A stretch of DNA of 64,000 bases from Candidatus Saccharimonadales bacterium (GTDB taxonomy: Bacteria > Patescibacteriota > Saccharimonadia > Saccharimonadales > SZUA-47): NCBI GenBank assembly GCA_041737385.1, contig JBGSRU010000009.1, forward strand, positions 7,015-71,014. The letters run 5' to 3'. Positions 54,164 to 64,000 of this stretch are shown here, piece by piece. Numbering within the stretch: position 1 is the first letter of the stretch; each line of letters begins with the position of its first letter. The notes beneath the pieces were generated by a model. That model was not told where the DNA came from, did no database searches, and saw nothing but the letters and a program-made list of their open reading frames with translations. The position numbers were made by a program, and so were the translations under genes.

Positions 54164-55337
54164 TAAGTATTGGACCAGATTTTTTATTGTTTCTAAATTT
54201 AACAAAGTTTGATTTTTGACCATAGCCCCCGTATTCTTCATTACCCATTTCAATATCGTTAACGATTTTATTTTTGAGAATTTTGGCGTGCTTCATGATA
54301 GTGTTTTCATGCTTCTGGTCATGCCCAAAGACACTTACATACATTGCTCTATCATTGAAGGCTCTACTATTTAGTAATTTGTCTAATTCCGAATCATTTT
54401 CGTACCAAAGCACATAGAAAACAGGCGCGAAAAATTCGTGGAAATCATCTTGTGAGTGTTCCGTGACTTTCTTTGAAATAATTGTTGGGTAGACTATTTT
54501 GCTATCCTCCATAACGTCACCACCGTAGACAATACTAGTTATGTCGTTATTTAAGAATGACAACACTTCTTCAATGTATGAATTTTTCATAACTCTACTC
54601 ACTCTAACGTTTTTATCGTGTGAGTCGCCGACTTTTATGCTGTCTAGCTCTGATTTTAGCTTATATATGAATTCGTTTCTAAGTGACATGGGTACAATAA
54701 AAGCGTCTGGACCCGCGCAATCTTGTCCGCTATTAAAACATCGCATTTCAACAGCTTTTTGTGCGGCTAAGTTAGGATCTGCGTTGTCTAATATTACGAA
54801 CGGATTTACTCCACTTCCGTTGTACAACAATAGAGAATCGGGACATTTGTTGCTCACGTCAATTGCGTTTTTGTATTTACCAGTGAACAATATCACGTCG
54901 CTCGGCGCGGCATAGAGCTCTACAAATATATGTCGTTGTGAAGCGTGAATAGAAATTGCTGGAAAATTTTTATTAACTTCAAGTATTTCGCAGATTTCTT
55001 CAAGTAAGTGATTCATTATTTCTGGCGGTCTAATAAATACTTTTTTAGCGAAGAAACAAGGGGCAATTCCAAACAAAACCAGAGAATATATTGGCAAATT
55101 GAGCGGAAAAAAGGTTGCAATGAACAAATCTTCCCTCCTATTTTGAATGCCAGTATGTTCCTTCTTTAACCCTCGAAGTGTTTCCACGCTTCTATCGAAC
55201 TCATCAATTGCAGTTTCATAGGTCTCATAATCAAGGAGCAAATTTACTAGTTTTGTCTTGTTCCGCTTAAGATTTCTTATTGTTTGGTCGACCTTTTCGT
55301 AAAAAACTTGGTCTGTTTGTCTATTGCTTTTTATCAT
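54123..55337 (-). CDS. Aldehyde dehydrogenase superfamily protein (atypical; general-base Glu position not conserved)
   Basis: ILFTGKYKNAIDV, LLYNGSGVNPFVILDNAD, FNSGQDCAGPD (catalytic Cys) and EFFAPVF. Confidence 0.6.
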   Translation of the reverse strand: MIKSNRQTDQVFYEKVDQTIRNLKRNKTKLVNLLLDYETYETAIDEFDRSVETLRGLKKEHTGIQNRREDLFIATFFPLNLPIYSLVLFGIAPCFFAKKVFIRPPEIMNHLLEEICEILEVNKNFPAISIHASQRHIFVELYAAPSDVILFTGKYKNAIDVSNKCPDSLLLYNGSGVNPFVILDNADPNLAAQKAVEMRCFNSGQDCAGPDAFIVPMSLRNEFIYKLKSELDSIKVGDSHDKNVRVSRVMKNSYIEEVLSFLNNDITSIVYGGDVMEDSKIVYPTIISKKVTEHSQDDFHEFFAPVFYVLWYENDSELDKLLNSRAFNDRAMYVSVFGHDQKHENTIMKHAKILKNKIVNDIEMGNEEYGGYGQKSNFVKFRNNKKSGPILISRDLHRHFSSNK

Positions 55338-55397
55338 ATAATATTATAAAATTATAGACGTAAGTAATTCATTTTTCAAGCGCAAAATTAGAATATC

Positions 55398-56519
55398 ATG
55401 CAAATAAACTTAGAACACGAACTATATAGAGACTTAACATTTCCAAAACCTGCAGAACATCCACAACGTCAAGGAATGTCGCAGGATGAGTTTGAAGCAG
55501 CTCTAGACGATCCTATGTCTGTAATTAGCGATGTTGCTACACCTGACGGGCTGGTTAGAATACCTCAAATAGTTGGTTTAGATATGTGCTCTTGGAATAA
55601 TACAGGCTTTTATAGAACCAGATATCCGCGAACAGACATAAGGCAGCTTTTTGTACCCTTACATTCGGGGGAGATGCCCGAGAACGTACTGTCAGGCGTG
55701 CAGGAATTGGTTGGATCTGGAGGGGTGTTGATTGTAGAAGTTCCTTCAACGGCCTTAGGAGGTATAGAAGCAATAACTACTAGGCTAAGATCAGGCGGTG
55801 TTGATTTAGGTGAACCTGATCTTTTAGGAACTCAAACGTATTTTGAAGGTAAAATTTCGCTTAATGATCAATCGAAAGTCTCATCAACACCGACAAGATT
55901 CACCGAAATTTTTACAGCAGCAGCGCGGGAAGGAGTCGATAGTTTCGGTAAAAGGGCATCTGTAGATAGAGAAAATGGCGTTTGGGCTCACCAAACCTTA
56001 CCTACAGATGACGCTGATGAGCTATTTGAATTCTATGAAGACGCTTACGTTGTACTGAATAATAGCCCACTTCATCAAGGACTTGATCCTGATATGTTTA
56101 GAGAAATGATAGCAACTGACACAACCGCAACTAAGTTTGTATATAGAATAGACGGTAAAGCTCAAACGTTGTTTATTTCAACAGAAGATATTGACGGCTT
56201 AGATTGGGTTAGCTCAGATTATTATAGAGAACACTTCCACGACGATTACACCAACAAGGACTTATTATGGTTTCCAGGTATCGCAACAGACCCACATGCA
56301 AAATCTTTGCACAACGGCCAGAGAATAACTCATTTAATGACGAAGCTCTCAGAAATGGGCGGATATGAGCCTCGTATTGTATTCGATTTTTGCGACTTTA
56401 ATACAGATATTGGGCTTCATAATGTAATTGCTAGATGGGTTAATAATACCGCCGAAGCTTCAGTAGCATTCTCGGCAATAGCAAACCAAAAGTACTACGG
56501 TCTACGCTTAAATAAGTAA
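55398..56519 (+). CDS. Hypothetical protein (373 aa)
   Basis: Long ORF divergent from the ALDH-like gene. I recognised no family with confidence. Confidence 0.45.
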   Translation: MQINLEHELYRDLTFPKPAEHPQRQGMSQDEFEAALDDPMSVISDVATPDGLVRIPQIVGLDMCSWNNTGFYRTRYPRTDIRQLFVPLHSGEMPENVLSGVQELVGSGGVLIVEVPSTALGGIEAITTRLRSGGVDLGEPDLLGTQTYFEGKISLNDQSKVSSTPTRFTEIFTAAAREGVDSFGKRASVDRENGVWAHQTLPTDDADELFEFYEDAYVVLNNSPLHQGLDPDMFREMIATDTTATKFVYRIDGKAQTLFISTEDIDGLDWVSSDYYREHFHDDYTNKDLLWFPGIATDPHAKSLHNGQRITHLMTKLSEMGGYEPRIVFDFCDFNTDIGLHNVIARWVNNTAEASVAFSAIANQKYYGLRLNK

Positions 56520-56599
56520 CGTTGTCTTCCGTTTTTTCCTTAACTTTTAAGATATTAGCCCAGCATGTAAATTATGCTATATACTAACTATTAACGATT

Positions 56600-58774
56600 A
56601 TGGTTAATATTCTACTCACAATAACTGCTTCTCTTACGCTAATGCTAGCAATACTAACTGTCATCAATGGTCAAAAGAAAGCCTTGAACATTGTACTTTT
56701 CTTTTTTTCAATATCAATTTTTTTGTGGCTTGTTTTTAGTTTATTAACAAATCTATCATCTAACCCAGATATTGCTCTTCATTTTGCAAGATTATCACTC
56801 GTAGGTCCCTTGCTTAGCTCTTTTTTCTTTAGTGTGTTTATAAAACTCTTTTTATCAGATAAGAGACGGGAAATATCGTATTGGGTACGCCTGTCGCTTC
56901 CAATGGTGCCAGTATTACTGCTCACCCCCACGAAACTCAACATTTCAAGCATTGATAGCTATGGAGCTAATACTCAGGTAGGTCTACTTTATCTGCTCGC
57001 AATACCAATTATTGCTATTTATAGTTTTTCAGGTGTACTTGAGCTCGTAAAATATTTTCGTCACACAAAGGATAAGGCACTCAGGAGCCAGATTTTTTAT
57101 ATAATTGTAGGTATCAATCTTACAATTATTCCAGGAATAATTGTAAACGGTCTATTACCGATAATAGGCTGGAACGAAGCTTATTTGTATGGACCGAATT
57201 TTGCAATTTTCATGGTTCTTTTCTTTTCAGTTTCAATATTAAAACATGGATTGCTCAATATTCGGTTCATAGCAGTACGTGCTCTTACATATGTAGGATT
57301 GCTCGCAAGCCTTACGGCCATCTACGTAATTCTGGCAGATTACGTAGCTAGGAAATTATTTGACAACGAACAATTCCCACAGTTAGTGCTCCAAGTATCG
57401 GCCGTGATAATACTGGTATTTATCTTTGAACCGTTAAGGAAATTACTCGATAACCTAACTAGAAATGTTTTTTTTCAAGATAATTACGATCCTCAATCAT
57501 TCATCGAAGACGTTAATAAAATTTTAGTAGATAATTTAGAAGTTGAAACGTTACTAAACAAAATAGTGAATACCATAGAAAATAATCTTAAGTCTGATTT
57601 TTGCAGCTTTTACATAAGAGACACATCTTACTACAAAAGTCGGACAATCGGCGATGGACAATCTGGATTTAATGAAAAAGAAAGCAATAAATTGAAAGAA
57701 TTACTTCCGAAGATTAGAAAAAAGACTATTTCAATTTATGACTCTTCTGCTACAAAAGAAGAAGCTGAAGTTGTTGATATAATGAAAAACGCAAACGCAG
57801 AGGTTCTTGTTCGATTAGTTAGTACATTAGAATATGAAGTTCATGGGGTAGGCTACCTTTTTATTGGCCCGAAAAAAACCGGAAAATTATACAATGACCA
57901 GGATTTAAAAATCCTAGAAATTATTAGTAACGAGTTGGTCATTGCAGTTCAAAATGCGCTGAGATTTGAAGAAATAGAGCAGTTTAACGTGACACTGCAG
58001 AAGAAGATTGATGACGCAACGAAAGAGCTTAAGGCTTCTAACGACAAATTAAAGGCGTTGGACGAGGCAAAAGACGAATTCGTGTCTATGGCGTCTCACC
58101 AGCTTCGGACGCCTCTGACGAGCATTAAAGGCTATGTAAGCATGGTTTTAGAAGAAGACGCCGGCAAGATCAACGAACAACAAAAACAAATGCTCGGTCA
58201 GGCAATGTTCAGCTCACAAAGAATGGTCTATCTCATCTCTGACTTGTTAAATGTATCACGACTGAAAACTGGGAAGTTCATCATAGAGTCGAAACCGGTG
58301 TATCTGCCTGATCTAGTGGAGTCAGAAATGAGCCAGTTATACGATGGTGCTGCTGCCAAAAACATCACGCTCTCTTTTGATAAGCCTAAATCATTCTCAA
58401 CGCTTAGTCTCGACGACATAAAACTTCGTCAAGTGGTCATGAACTTTACCGATAATGCAATTTACTACACTCAAAGTGGCGGAAAAATCAACGTTTCGCT
58501 CAAAGACAAGAAAGATTCAGTCGAATTCACTGTCGAAGATAACGGTATGGGCGTACCAAAAGCCGAGCAACATAAACTGTTCGCAAAGTTCTACCGAGCA
58601 GATAATGCCCGTAAAGCTCGCCCAGATGGTACTGGATTAGGTCTATTTATGGCCAAAAAGGTCATTGTTGCTCAGGGTGGATCGCTGATATTCGACTCAA
58701 AAGAGGGCAAAGGCAGCACCTTTGGTTTTAGCTTCCCCAAAGAAAAACTAGAAATCACCACAACAGAAGGATAA
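56600..58774 (+). CDS. Sensor histidine kinase with multi-TM N-terminal sensor domain
   Basis: About 7 TM helices, a coiled coil, an H box (SHQLRTPLTSIKGY), and N/G1/G2 boxes (DNGMGV, GTGLGL). Confidence 0.9.
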   Translation: MVNILLTITASLTLMLAILTVINGQKKALNIVLFFFSISIFLWLVFSLLTNLSSNPDIALHFARLSLVGPLLSSFFFSVFIKLFLSDKRREISYWVRLSLPMVPVLLLTPTKLNISSIDSYGANTQVGLLYLLAIPIIAIYSFSGVLELVKYFRHTKDKALRSQIFYIIVGINLTIIPGIIVNGLLPIIGWNEAYLYGPNFAIFMVLFFSVSILKHGLLNIRFIAVRALTYVGLLASLTAIYVILADYVARKLFDNEQFPQLVLQVSAVIILVFIFEPLRKLLDNLTRNVFFQDNYDPQSFIEDVNKILVDNLEVETLLNKIVNTIENNLKSDFCSFYIRDTSYYKSRTIGDGQSGFNEKESNKLKELLPKIRKKTISIYDSSATKEEAEVVDIMKNANAEVLVRLVSTLEYEVHGVGYLFIGPKKTGKLYNDQDLKILEIISNELVIAVQNALRFEEIEQFNVTLQKKIDDATKELKASNDKLKALDEAKDEFVSMASHQLRTPLTSIKGYVSMVLEEDAGKINEQQKQMLGQAMFSSQRMVYLISDLLNVSRLKTGKFIIESKPVYLPDLVESEMSQLYDGAAAKNITLSFDKPKSFSTLSLDDIKLRQVVMNFTDNAIYYTQSGGKINVSLKDKKDSVEFTVEDNGMGVPKAEQHKLFAKFYRADNARKARPDGTGLGLFMAKKVIVAQGGSLIFDSKEGKGSTFGFSFPKEKLEITTTEG

Positions 58775-58817
58775 CGTAACAGCTCCTAAGAAATTGCATT
58801 TAAACAAACATTATGTT

Positions 58818-58840
58818 CTGCAAAGGTCAGACCTTTGCAG
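58818..58840. repeat. 23-bp perfect palindrome, copy 2 of the TGCAAAGGTC-A-GACCTTTGCA motif
   Basis: CTGCAAAGGTCAGACCTTTGCAG, sited 44 nt after the kinase stop and about 80 nt upstream of a promoter. Confidence 0.8.
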
Positions 58841-58921
58841 AGGGGATTATCGCTGTTTTTGGGCAATATTCATCGGTTTAAGGGGTTGTTTAAGCATAAG
58901 TAGTGTTTTCATACAATACTA

Positions 58922-58950
58922 TTGACATTTATTACAGCTTGTGGTAATAT
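58922..58950 (+). promoter_or_regulatory. Candidate promoter of the 59013-63143 surface-protein operon
   Basis: TTGACA, a 17-nt spacer ending in TGG (extended -10), then TAATAT. Confidence 0.5.
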
Positions 58951-59012
58951 CAGTGCAATACATTCATTTATACGAATGGGTGGGAGATAATAATCAAAGG
59001 AGATTTAGGATT

Positions 59013-59504
59013 ATGGGAAAAGTATTAGGAGCAGCAATAGGACTAGGTTTAACAGCTGGAGCACTATATGGTGCTGAAAAACTAAATGATAACTATGCAT
59101 GGGCAAGTGTGCCTGTTGTTGATGTGCCTGGTGACCGTGTTATAGGCTTTGACGGAGTCGGCGATGGCGAGTTAACACTTGCAGAACGAGTTGAAGACGG
59201 TGTTAAGGGTGTAAGCAAAGAAGTTGCTGAAGCTACTGGACTCGTTGCTGAAGTAGCAGAAGGTTGTGGTGCGCTTGCACTTCAAACAGCTGCAGACACA
59301 CTTATATTTGACCAAGAAGGTGAACTTGTAGAGCTAACAGCAGAACAACTTTCAGCTGCACGAGGAAACATTGCAGAAACAACATTTGACTTCTGTATGG
59401 ACGAACGAGCAAGTGACCTTACAGGTATCGATGGTGTGACATATGACACAGGTGCATATTCAGCTGAAGCATTCACAGCACAAATCGAAGCAATAAGTAA
59501 TTAA
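59013..59504 (+). CDS. Small acidic membrane-anchored or secreted protein
   Basis: ATG 59013 with an AAGGAG RBS is preferred over GTG 58941. There is an N-terminal hydrophobic segment. Confidence 0.5.
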   Translation: MGKVLGAAIGLGLTAGALYGAEKLNDNYAWASVPVVDVPGDRVIGFDGVGDGELTLAERVEDGVKGVSKEVAEATGLVAEVAEGCGALALQTAADTLIFDQEGELVELTAEQLSAARGNIAETTFDFCMDERASDLTGIDGVTYDTGAYSAEAFTAQIEAISN

Positions 59505-59527
59505 GTAGGAAATAAGGAGAAACAGCA

Positions 59528-60943
59528 ATGGATACAATTCAACCAACTGGCCCAAACCGAATGCACGGAATGCGGATGCGACTTACAGCCCTTACAGTGG
59601 CCGGTGCATCAGTATTAGCAGCGTGTGGTGGCGATAATGGCGCAGAAAATGATGGTTTCAGCGAACTATCAATGGGTGCAGCTGTTGCTGTTGACCAAGG
59701 TAATACTGACCCAACTACACCTGATTCAACGAGTACTACTAGTACTACTGAAGCTACAACTACAACTACATCAACTTCAACTCCAGAAGCACCTGCTCCC
59801 GGATCAAATGAAAAGCTTATAGATAACATTTTTTATAACACTGACGGTGAATTCAAATGTCTTGTAGACGGTAAAGCAACAGGCACTATGCTCACAGAAA
59901 TTGATCCAGAAAGCGGTGAAGAATATGTTGGTCAGGTAAGACTTGCGAACTTGGATGTAGGCGCTGATAAAATCGGCGACGGTAATCACCGTATTACCTC
60001 TGACGCTATAGGTACATCACTTAGAACTGCTGGAGACACTAATGAAGCAGCCGCTCAAAACCTATTTGCCAACTGGTGTGAACAGCCAGTTGCACTAGCT
60101 GCTGCGACTATTGCTACTGCTAACGCACCATTTGGAGAAGTAGTACCAGCTGATCGTATCGATTGGTTAAGTGACCAAAAAGGCAAAGACGCGAGTGATG
60201 TAGCTGAACTAGCCGATAGTTTGACCACTCCTCACTTAGGTGAAAGACTAACTCCAGAGCAAGTTGAAGAGAATATTGCAGCAACCGATAGACGAGTTGC
60301 ACTTGCAGAGAACATGGCAAATGCGTTCATGAATACTCAGAATCAAGGTATCAAGCAAGATGCTGATCTGTACTACAGAATGGGGCTTGTTCTACCTGAT
60401 GGACTTGATACTTCAGGCTTGACACCACCACTCGAATACAAGCAACTATATATTGGTGATGCTCTTGTGATGGGTGCAACTCAAAAAGGACTCGGATGTA
60501 CTTTAGTGGAGTTTGCTTTCAATGCAGACGATAGTGCTCCTGTATACATTATTACTGAAGATAACTGTGCATACGAACCCCCAACAACTGATACCCCAAC
60601 AACCCCAGGAACCTCAACAACCCCAGGAACATCTAATATCCCAGTAATACCTTGGAAGGTTCAACCACCACTCTCTAGAGGAACAGAGCATGGTGATAAT
60701 GAGCGGGGTAACGGCACTGACGTAGGTGGAGAGGGCCCAGCAGGACGGCCACGCGACGAGACAACTGGAACAATCGCAACTGAAGACACAGTACCCGATC
60801 AGATTCCTGATGGAACAGTTGCTCCTACAACGGCTACGCCTAACACTGCTCCTGCGACAACTGGCGTGCAAGTGACTGCACCTCCACAAACTGCACCAGT
60901 AACTTCAATGGCAAATGGTGGCTCAACTGGGACACCAGGTTAA
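59528..60943 (+). CDS. Putative lipoprotein with Thr/Pro-rich linkers
   Basis: Lipobox-like signal (VLAAC|GG), poly-Thr/Ser stretches and a Pro/Thr-rich C-terminus. Confidence 0.6.
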   Translation: MDTIQPTGPNRMHGMRMRLTALTVAGASVLAACGGDNGAENDGFSELSMGAAVAVDQGNTDPTTPDSTSTTSTTEATTTTTSTSTPEAPAPGSNEKLIDNIFYNTDGEFKCLVDGKATGTMLTEIDPESGEEYVGQVRLANLDVGADKIGDGNHRITSDAIGTSLRTAGDTNEAAAQNLFANWCEQPVALAAATIATANAPFGEVVPADRIDWLSDQKGKDASDVAELADSLTTPHLGERLTPEQVEENIAATDRRVALAENMANAFMNTQNQGIKQDADLYYRMGLVLPDGLDTSGLTPPLEYKQLYIGDALVMGATQKGLGCTLVEFAFNADDSAPVYIITEDNCAYEPPTTDTPTTPGTSTTPGTSNIPVIPWKVQPPLSRGTEHGDNERGNGTDVGGEGPAGRPRDETTGTIATEDTVPDQIPDGTVAPTTATPNTAPATTGVQVTAPPQTAPVTSMANGGSTGTPG

Positions 60944-60968
60944 TAGAAAGGATATAAGGAGATATATT

Positions 60969-63143
60969 ATGAAATTACTACAATCAATCAAGACCCTTAC
61001 ACAAAAACTTCAAAAGAAATCTTTTCTAGCAGCTGGAATAGTCGCACTCGGTGCTGGTATGGCACTCGGTGCTGTACAAGCTGAGTTCTACCCTGATAGA
61101 CAACCGTTTGACTATAACCAACCGTGTAACCCAGACGACGGGAATATCTATGACCGCTGTGGTTCACTAACTGGACCTGTATTCAACTCTTTCATCAACA
61201 CACCATATTATGGTGATGAGCGACAATTCGCAGACGCAAAACGAACCGATCAGAACACGGGTGATGTCTATAAAAACGTCCTACCTGACGTAACAGATGG
61301 CAGCCGTGAAGTAAGAATCCGTGTTTATGTACACAACAACGCTAACCAAAGCACAAATGCTTCTGGTCAAGGTGTTGCAACAGGCGCAAAAGTACGGATC
61401 GCTCTACCTACGGGCACCGAAGGCTCACTACGAGCTCGAAGCTACATAAGTGCGGACAACGCAGCGCTTGTAGAAGACACAGTAGACTTCACGAGCACGC
61501 AGAAATTCCGAATGGAATACATCCCTGGTTCTGCAACATTGTTTAACAACATTGCATACGGCGGAGGAGTAAAACTTTCTGATAGCATTGTTACTACTGG
61601 TGCTCTAATAGGTGATGATGCACTTGATGGTCAGCTACCTGGTTGTTTCGACTACCAAGCAACTGTTTTCATCAATGTGAAAATCATCCCTGAAGAAAAA
61701 CCAGCTGTAGAGCTTACTAAAGTGACCAAAGATAACAAAACTGGTTCAGCGTGGGGCGAAGTCTCTACAGTCGCTCCAGGTGAGACAATCAACTGGTTAG
61801 TCGGATTTAAAAACGCCGGTAACCAAAACCTTACGAACGTAACGTTAAATGACCGTCTTCCACCACACATGAACGTTATCCCAGGAACGATACGGTATAT
61901 TGACTCGGGTCAAGACACGGTACTCCCTGATAATGGACAGTTCTTTACGACAGGTGGATACGACTTTGGTACCTGGTTACCTGGAGCGAACTTCTACGTT
62001 AGGTTCCAGACAACAGCACTTGGTGACTTCGAAGGTTGTGAAGTACGAGTACGAAACATTGCTACTCAAAAAACAACCCAACTTCCATCAACAGAAGATA
62101 GCGCAGACACGATCATTAAGAAAACTGACTGTGTGCCAACAGAGCAAACAGTCGTATGTAATTCGCTTACTGCGCCAACGCTTGCACTAAAAAAGGGTGA
62201 ATCAACAGTATTCACTGCAACTGGTACTGCTACAGGAACAACTATTGACGGTTATATCTTTACGGTAAATGGAGAAGAAGTGCAGAATTCAGCAGCTAAC
62301 ACCTATACATTTACTGCTGGAAACGTCGGCACCTATATCGTTGTCGCAACAGTTAAGTCACCTATTGGTAACCGAACGAGCAACGAATGCGTGAAAGTAC
62401 TTACTGTAGAAGAAGAGCCTGAAATGGTAGTTGTCTGTGAATCACTGACCGCTCCTCGGCTTAGCTTAAAGAAGGGTGAGTCTACTACTCTAACTGTTAA
62501 AGCGTCAGCAACGAATGCAACAATTACAGGATACGTCTTTACTGTAAACGGTCAAGAAGTTCAAAACTCAACCAGCAACAAGTATGAGTTCAAAGGCGAC
62601 AAAGCCGGCAAATACGACATAGTCGCAACAGTAAAAAGCTCTATAGGTAACGTATCAAGCGAAACTTGTGCTACAGCAGTAGACATCATAGAAGAAATAG
62701 TTCCTATCTACCGATGCGAATCATTCACGCTCAACAAGAACAAAGTGCAAATTGGCGAAAGCTTTACAGCGACTGTTCGAGTAACTGCGAAAGATGGTGC
62801 AACATTCAAACAAGCAACATTCACTTTCGGTGATGAAGCCTCAGTTCAAGACAAAACTATCGTGAACACAATAAACAACGGAATAGTAACTGCTAACCAC
62901 ATTTACTCAAAGTCTGGTGACTATGGACCTCGTGTCAAGCTAGCCTTCATGGTTAATGACAAGATGGTAGAAGTAGAAGATCCAGCATGTGTCGCTCAGA
63001 TTAACGTTACTCCAACAGAAGTTAAGGGAGTTAAAACAACAACTTTACCTAACACTGGTGCAGGAAGTATCGCAGGAATCTTCGCGGCAGTTACTGTTGC
63101 AGGAACAGCTCTACACAGACGCTTTACCCTAAGCCGACAGTAG
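60969..63143 (+). CDS. LPXTG-anchored surface protein with DUF11-like region and three tandem ~93-aa Ig-like repeats
   Basis: Signal peptide, tandem repeats starting at about 62151, 62430 and 62706, and a tail of LPNTG, a hydrophobic helix, then HRRFTLSRQ. ATG 60969 with an AAGGAG RBS is preferred. Confidence 0.8.
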   Translation: MKLLQSIKTLTQKLQKKSFLAAGIVALGAGMALGAVQAEFYPDRQPFDYNQPCNPDDGNIYDRCGSLTGPVFNSFINTPYYGDERQFADAKRTDQNTGDVYKNVLPDVTDGSREVRIRVYVHNNANQSTNASGQGVATGAKVRIALPTGTEGSLRARSYISADNAALVEDTVDFTSTQKFRMEYIPGSATLFNNIAYGGGVKLSDSIVTTGALIGDDALDGQLPGCFDYQATVFINVKIIPEEKPAVELTKVTKDNKTGSAWGEVSTVAPGETINWLVGFKNAGNQNLTNVTLNDRLPPHMNVIPGTIRYIDSGQDTVLPDNGQFFTTGGYDFGTWLPGANFYVRFQTTALGDFEGCEVRVRNIATQKTTQLPSTEDSADTIIKKTDCVPTEQTVVCNSLTAPTLALKKGESTVFTATGTATGTTIDGYIFTVNGEEVQNSAANTYTFTAGNVGTYIVVATVKSPIGNRTSNECVKVLTVEEEPEMVVVCESLTAPRLSLKKGESTTLTVKASATNATITGYVFTVNGQEVQNSTSNKYEFKGDKAGKYDIVATVKSSIGNVSSETCATAVDIIEEIVPIYRCESFTLNKNKVQIGESFTATVRVTAKDGATFKQATFTFGDEASVQDKTIVNTINNGIVTANHIYSKSGDYGPRVKLAFMVNDKMVEVEDPACVAQINVTPTEVKGVKTTTLPNTGAGSIAGIFAAVTVAGTALHRRFTLSRQ

Positions 63144-63197
63144 AAAAAAGAACAAGTTTTAAATAAAAGACTGACCGCTTAAATTAAAACAGATAAA

Positions 63198-63223
63198 AGA
63201 GCAGGAGGAATCCTGCTCTTTTT
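63198..63223 (+). terminator. Rho-independent terminator of the LPXTG gene
   Basis: AGAGCAGGA-GGAA-TCCTGCTCT followed by TTTT. Confidence 0.75.
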
Positions 63224-63542
63224 GTATTGAAATTAATCTATACTGTTGCGAAAAGCGAAAGGCTGGCTGTGGATAACTAGTGGGTTAGATAGATTCTTTA
63301 TGGTACTGTGAATGTAGGTTTACAAAAAGCACTCTTCTCCAGAGTGCAAGCCGAGCAAAGACTGACCGCTCTAAACCAACACAAACAGTAAAATCAAAAA
63401 CAAACCTGACTCTGAGTGCAACCAATAAGTTTCGGGCTTGTTTTAAAAGCTCCCTTTCCTCCAAAAAAGGTAAGGTAGTTACGGCCCCTTATCTGTAAAA
63501 GGACATGGGGCTTTTTGTTTTAATTTTCTATATACTAGTGGT

Positions 63543-64000
63543 ATGAAGTTACAACCATATGAAAGCAAAAACATAATATTTATTGATACAGAGTTCTCAG
63601 ATCTTGATCCCTACAAGGGCGAGATACTTTCTATCGGTATCGTGAAACTGAACGGCGAAGAATTGTATGTTGAGCTGGAAAGTCAAGGTATAGAGTGTAC
63701 GGATTGGGTAAAACGAAATGTCCTCAAAATGCTAGATGGGCCAAAGTTCAGTAGGGTTCAGGCAATGCAACAAGTGCAAGAATTCTTAGGCGATTCGCAG
63801 CCTTTTGCAGTCGCATTCGTCGATAACTATGATGTTATATACCTGACTAAATTATTCGGCTACGGTAAGTTACCGTTTAAATGGATGACGGTTGATTTTG
63901 CAAGTGTGTTGTTCGCTATGGGCGTTAATCCAGTAAAGTTCCAACAAGACAGCGACAGCGCCAAAGAGTTCTATAAAACACTTGGTATCGATACGAAAAA
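63543..64000 (+). CDS. DEDD-type 3'-5' exonuclease-like protein; C-terminus lies outside the window
   Basis: This ORF is absent from the track because it runs off the window end. My translation is MKLQPYESKNIIFIDTEFSDLDPYKGEILSIGIVKL..., where FIDTEFS is an Exo I-type D-x-E motif. Confidence 0.55.
   Translation, partial: MKLQPYESKNIIFIDTEFSDLDPYKGEILSIGIVKLNGEELYVELESQGIECTDWVKRNVLKMLDGPKFSRVQAMQQVQEFLGDSQPFAVAFVDNYDVIYLTKLFGYGKLPFKWMTVDFASVLFAMGVNPVKFQQDSDSAKEFYKTLGIDTK

Noticed and set aside
63161-63385. 14-nt direct repeat AAAGACTGACCGCT (63167-63180 and 63367-63380) in the spacer after the LPXTG gene
   Set aside because: There are only two short copies with no flanking structure or ORF association that I could support. 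It is noted but too weak to interpret.

Overview
This is a 64-kb stretch of a compact, fairly AT-rich bacterial chromosome using the standard genetic code. The gene content looks like a Patescibacteria/CPR (Saccharibacteria-like) genome, but that is inference from gene content and I could not run a taxonomic search. Supporting genes are yebC-ruvC/ruvA-ruvB, recA-recX, tsaE plus a short tsaB, a minus-strand type IV pilus block (pilB-pilC-pilin-pilM-pilN-pilO), a class F sortase next to surface proteins, rny, murA/murB/murD, glyA and cls. Six tRNA genes lie on the minus strand: Pro-UGG, His-GUG, Arg-UCU, Gly-UCC, Lys-CUU and Arg-UCG. I saw no rRNA and no CRISPR array. The main finding is at the tRNA loci. 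tRNA-Pro, tRNA-Arg(UCU) and tRNA-Lys are each flanked by fragments of the same tRNA. Five of these fragments are interrupted at the same T-loop position by an 85-87 nt three-hairpin module. The module's helices are kept by compensatory substitutions, and one G-T pair is present in all five copies only when read on the minus strand. Two copies bracket an ~8 kb island at tRNA-Pro. The island carries a large serine recombinase whose ORF ends inside the tRNA, plus merA/arsR, an Mrr-like nuclease, a NUDIX hydrolase and an oxidoreductase. Two other copies sit in ~170-195 bp cargo-less insertions that duplicate ~22 nt of the tRNA 3' end. Other points of interest: (1) a duplicated 176-bp segment whose differences are almost all synonymous in one frame, giving a 49-codon ORF; (2) a second conserved structured region next to two tRNA 5' fragments; (3) a perfect palindrome shared upstream of two surface-protein operons; (4) an HTH-MurA fusion; (5) a MurD gene translationally coupled to a PP-loop protein; (6) an AT-rich cluster with a truncated ArgRS-like protein. 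All calls rest on reading the sequence and the supplied ORF translations. No database search was run.
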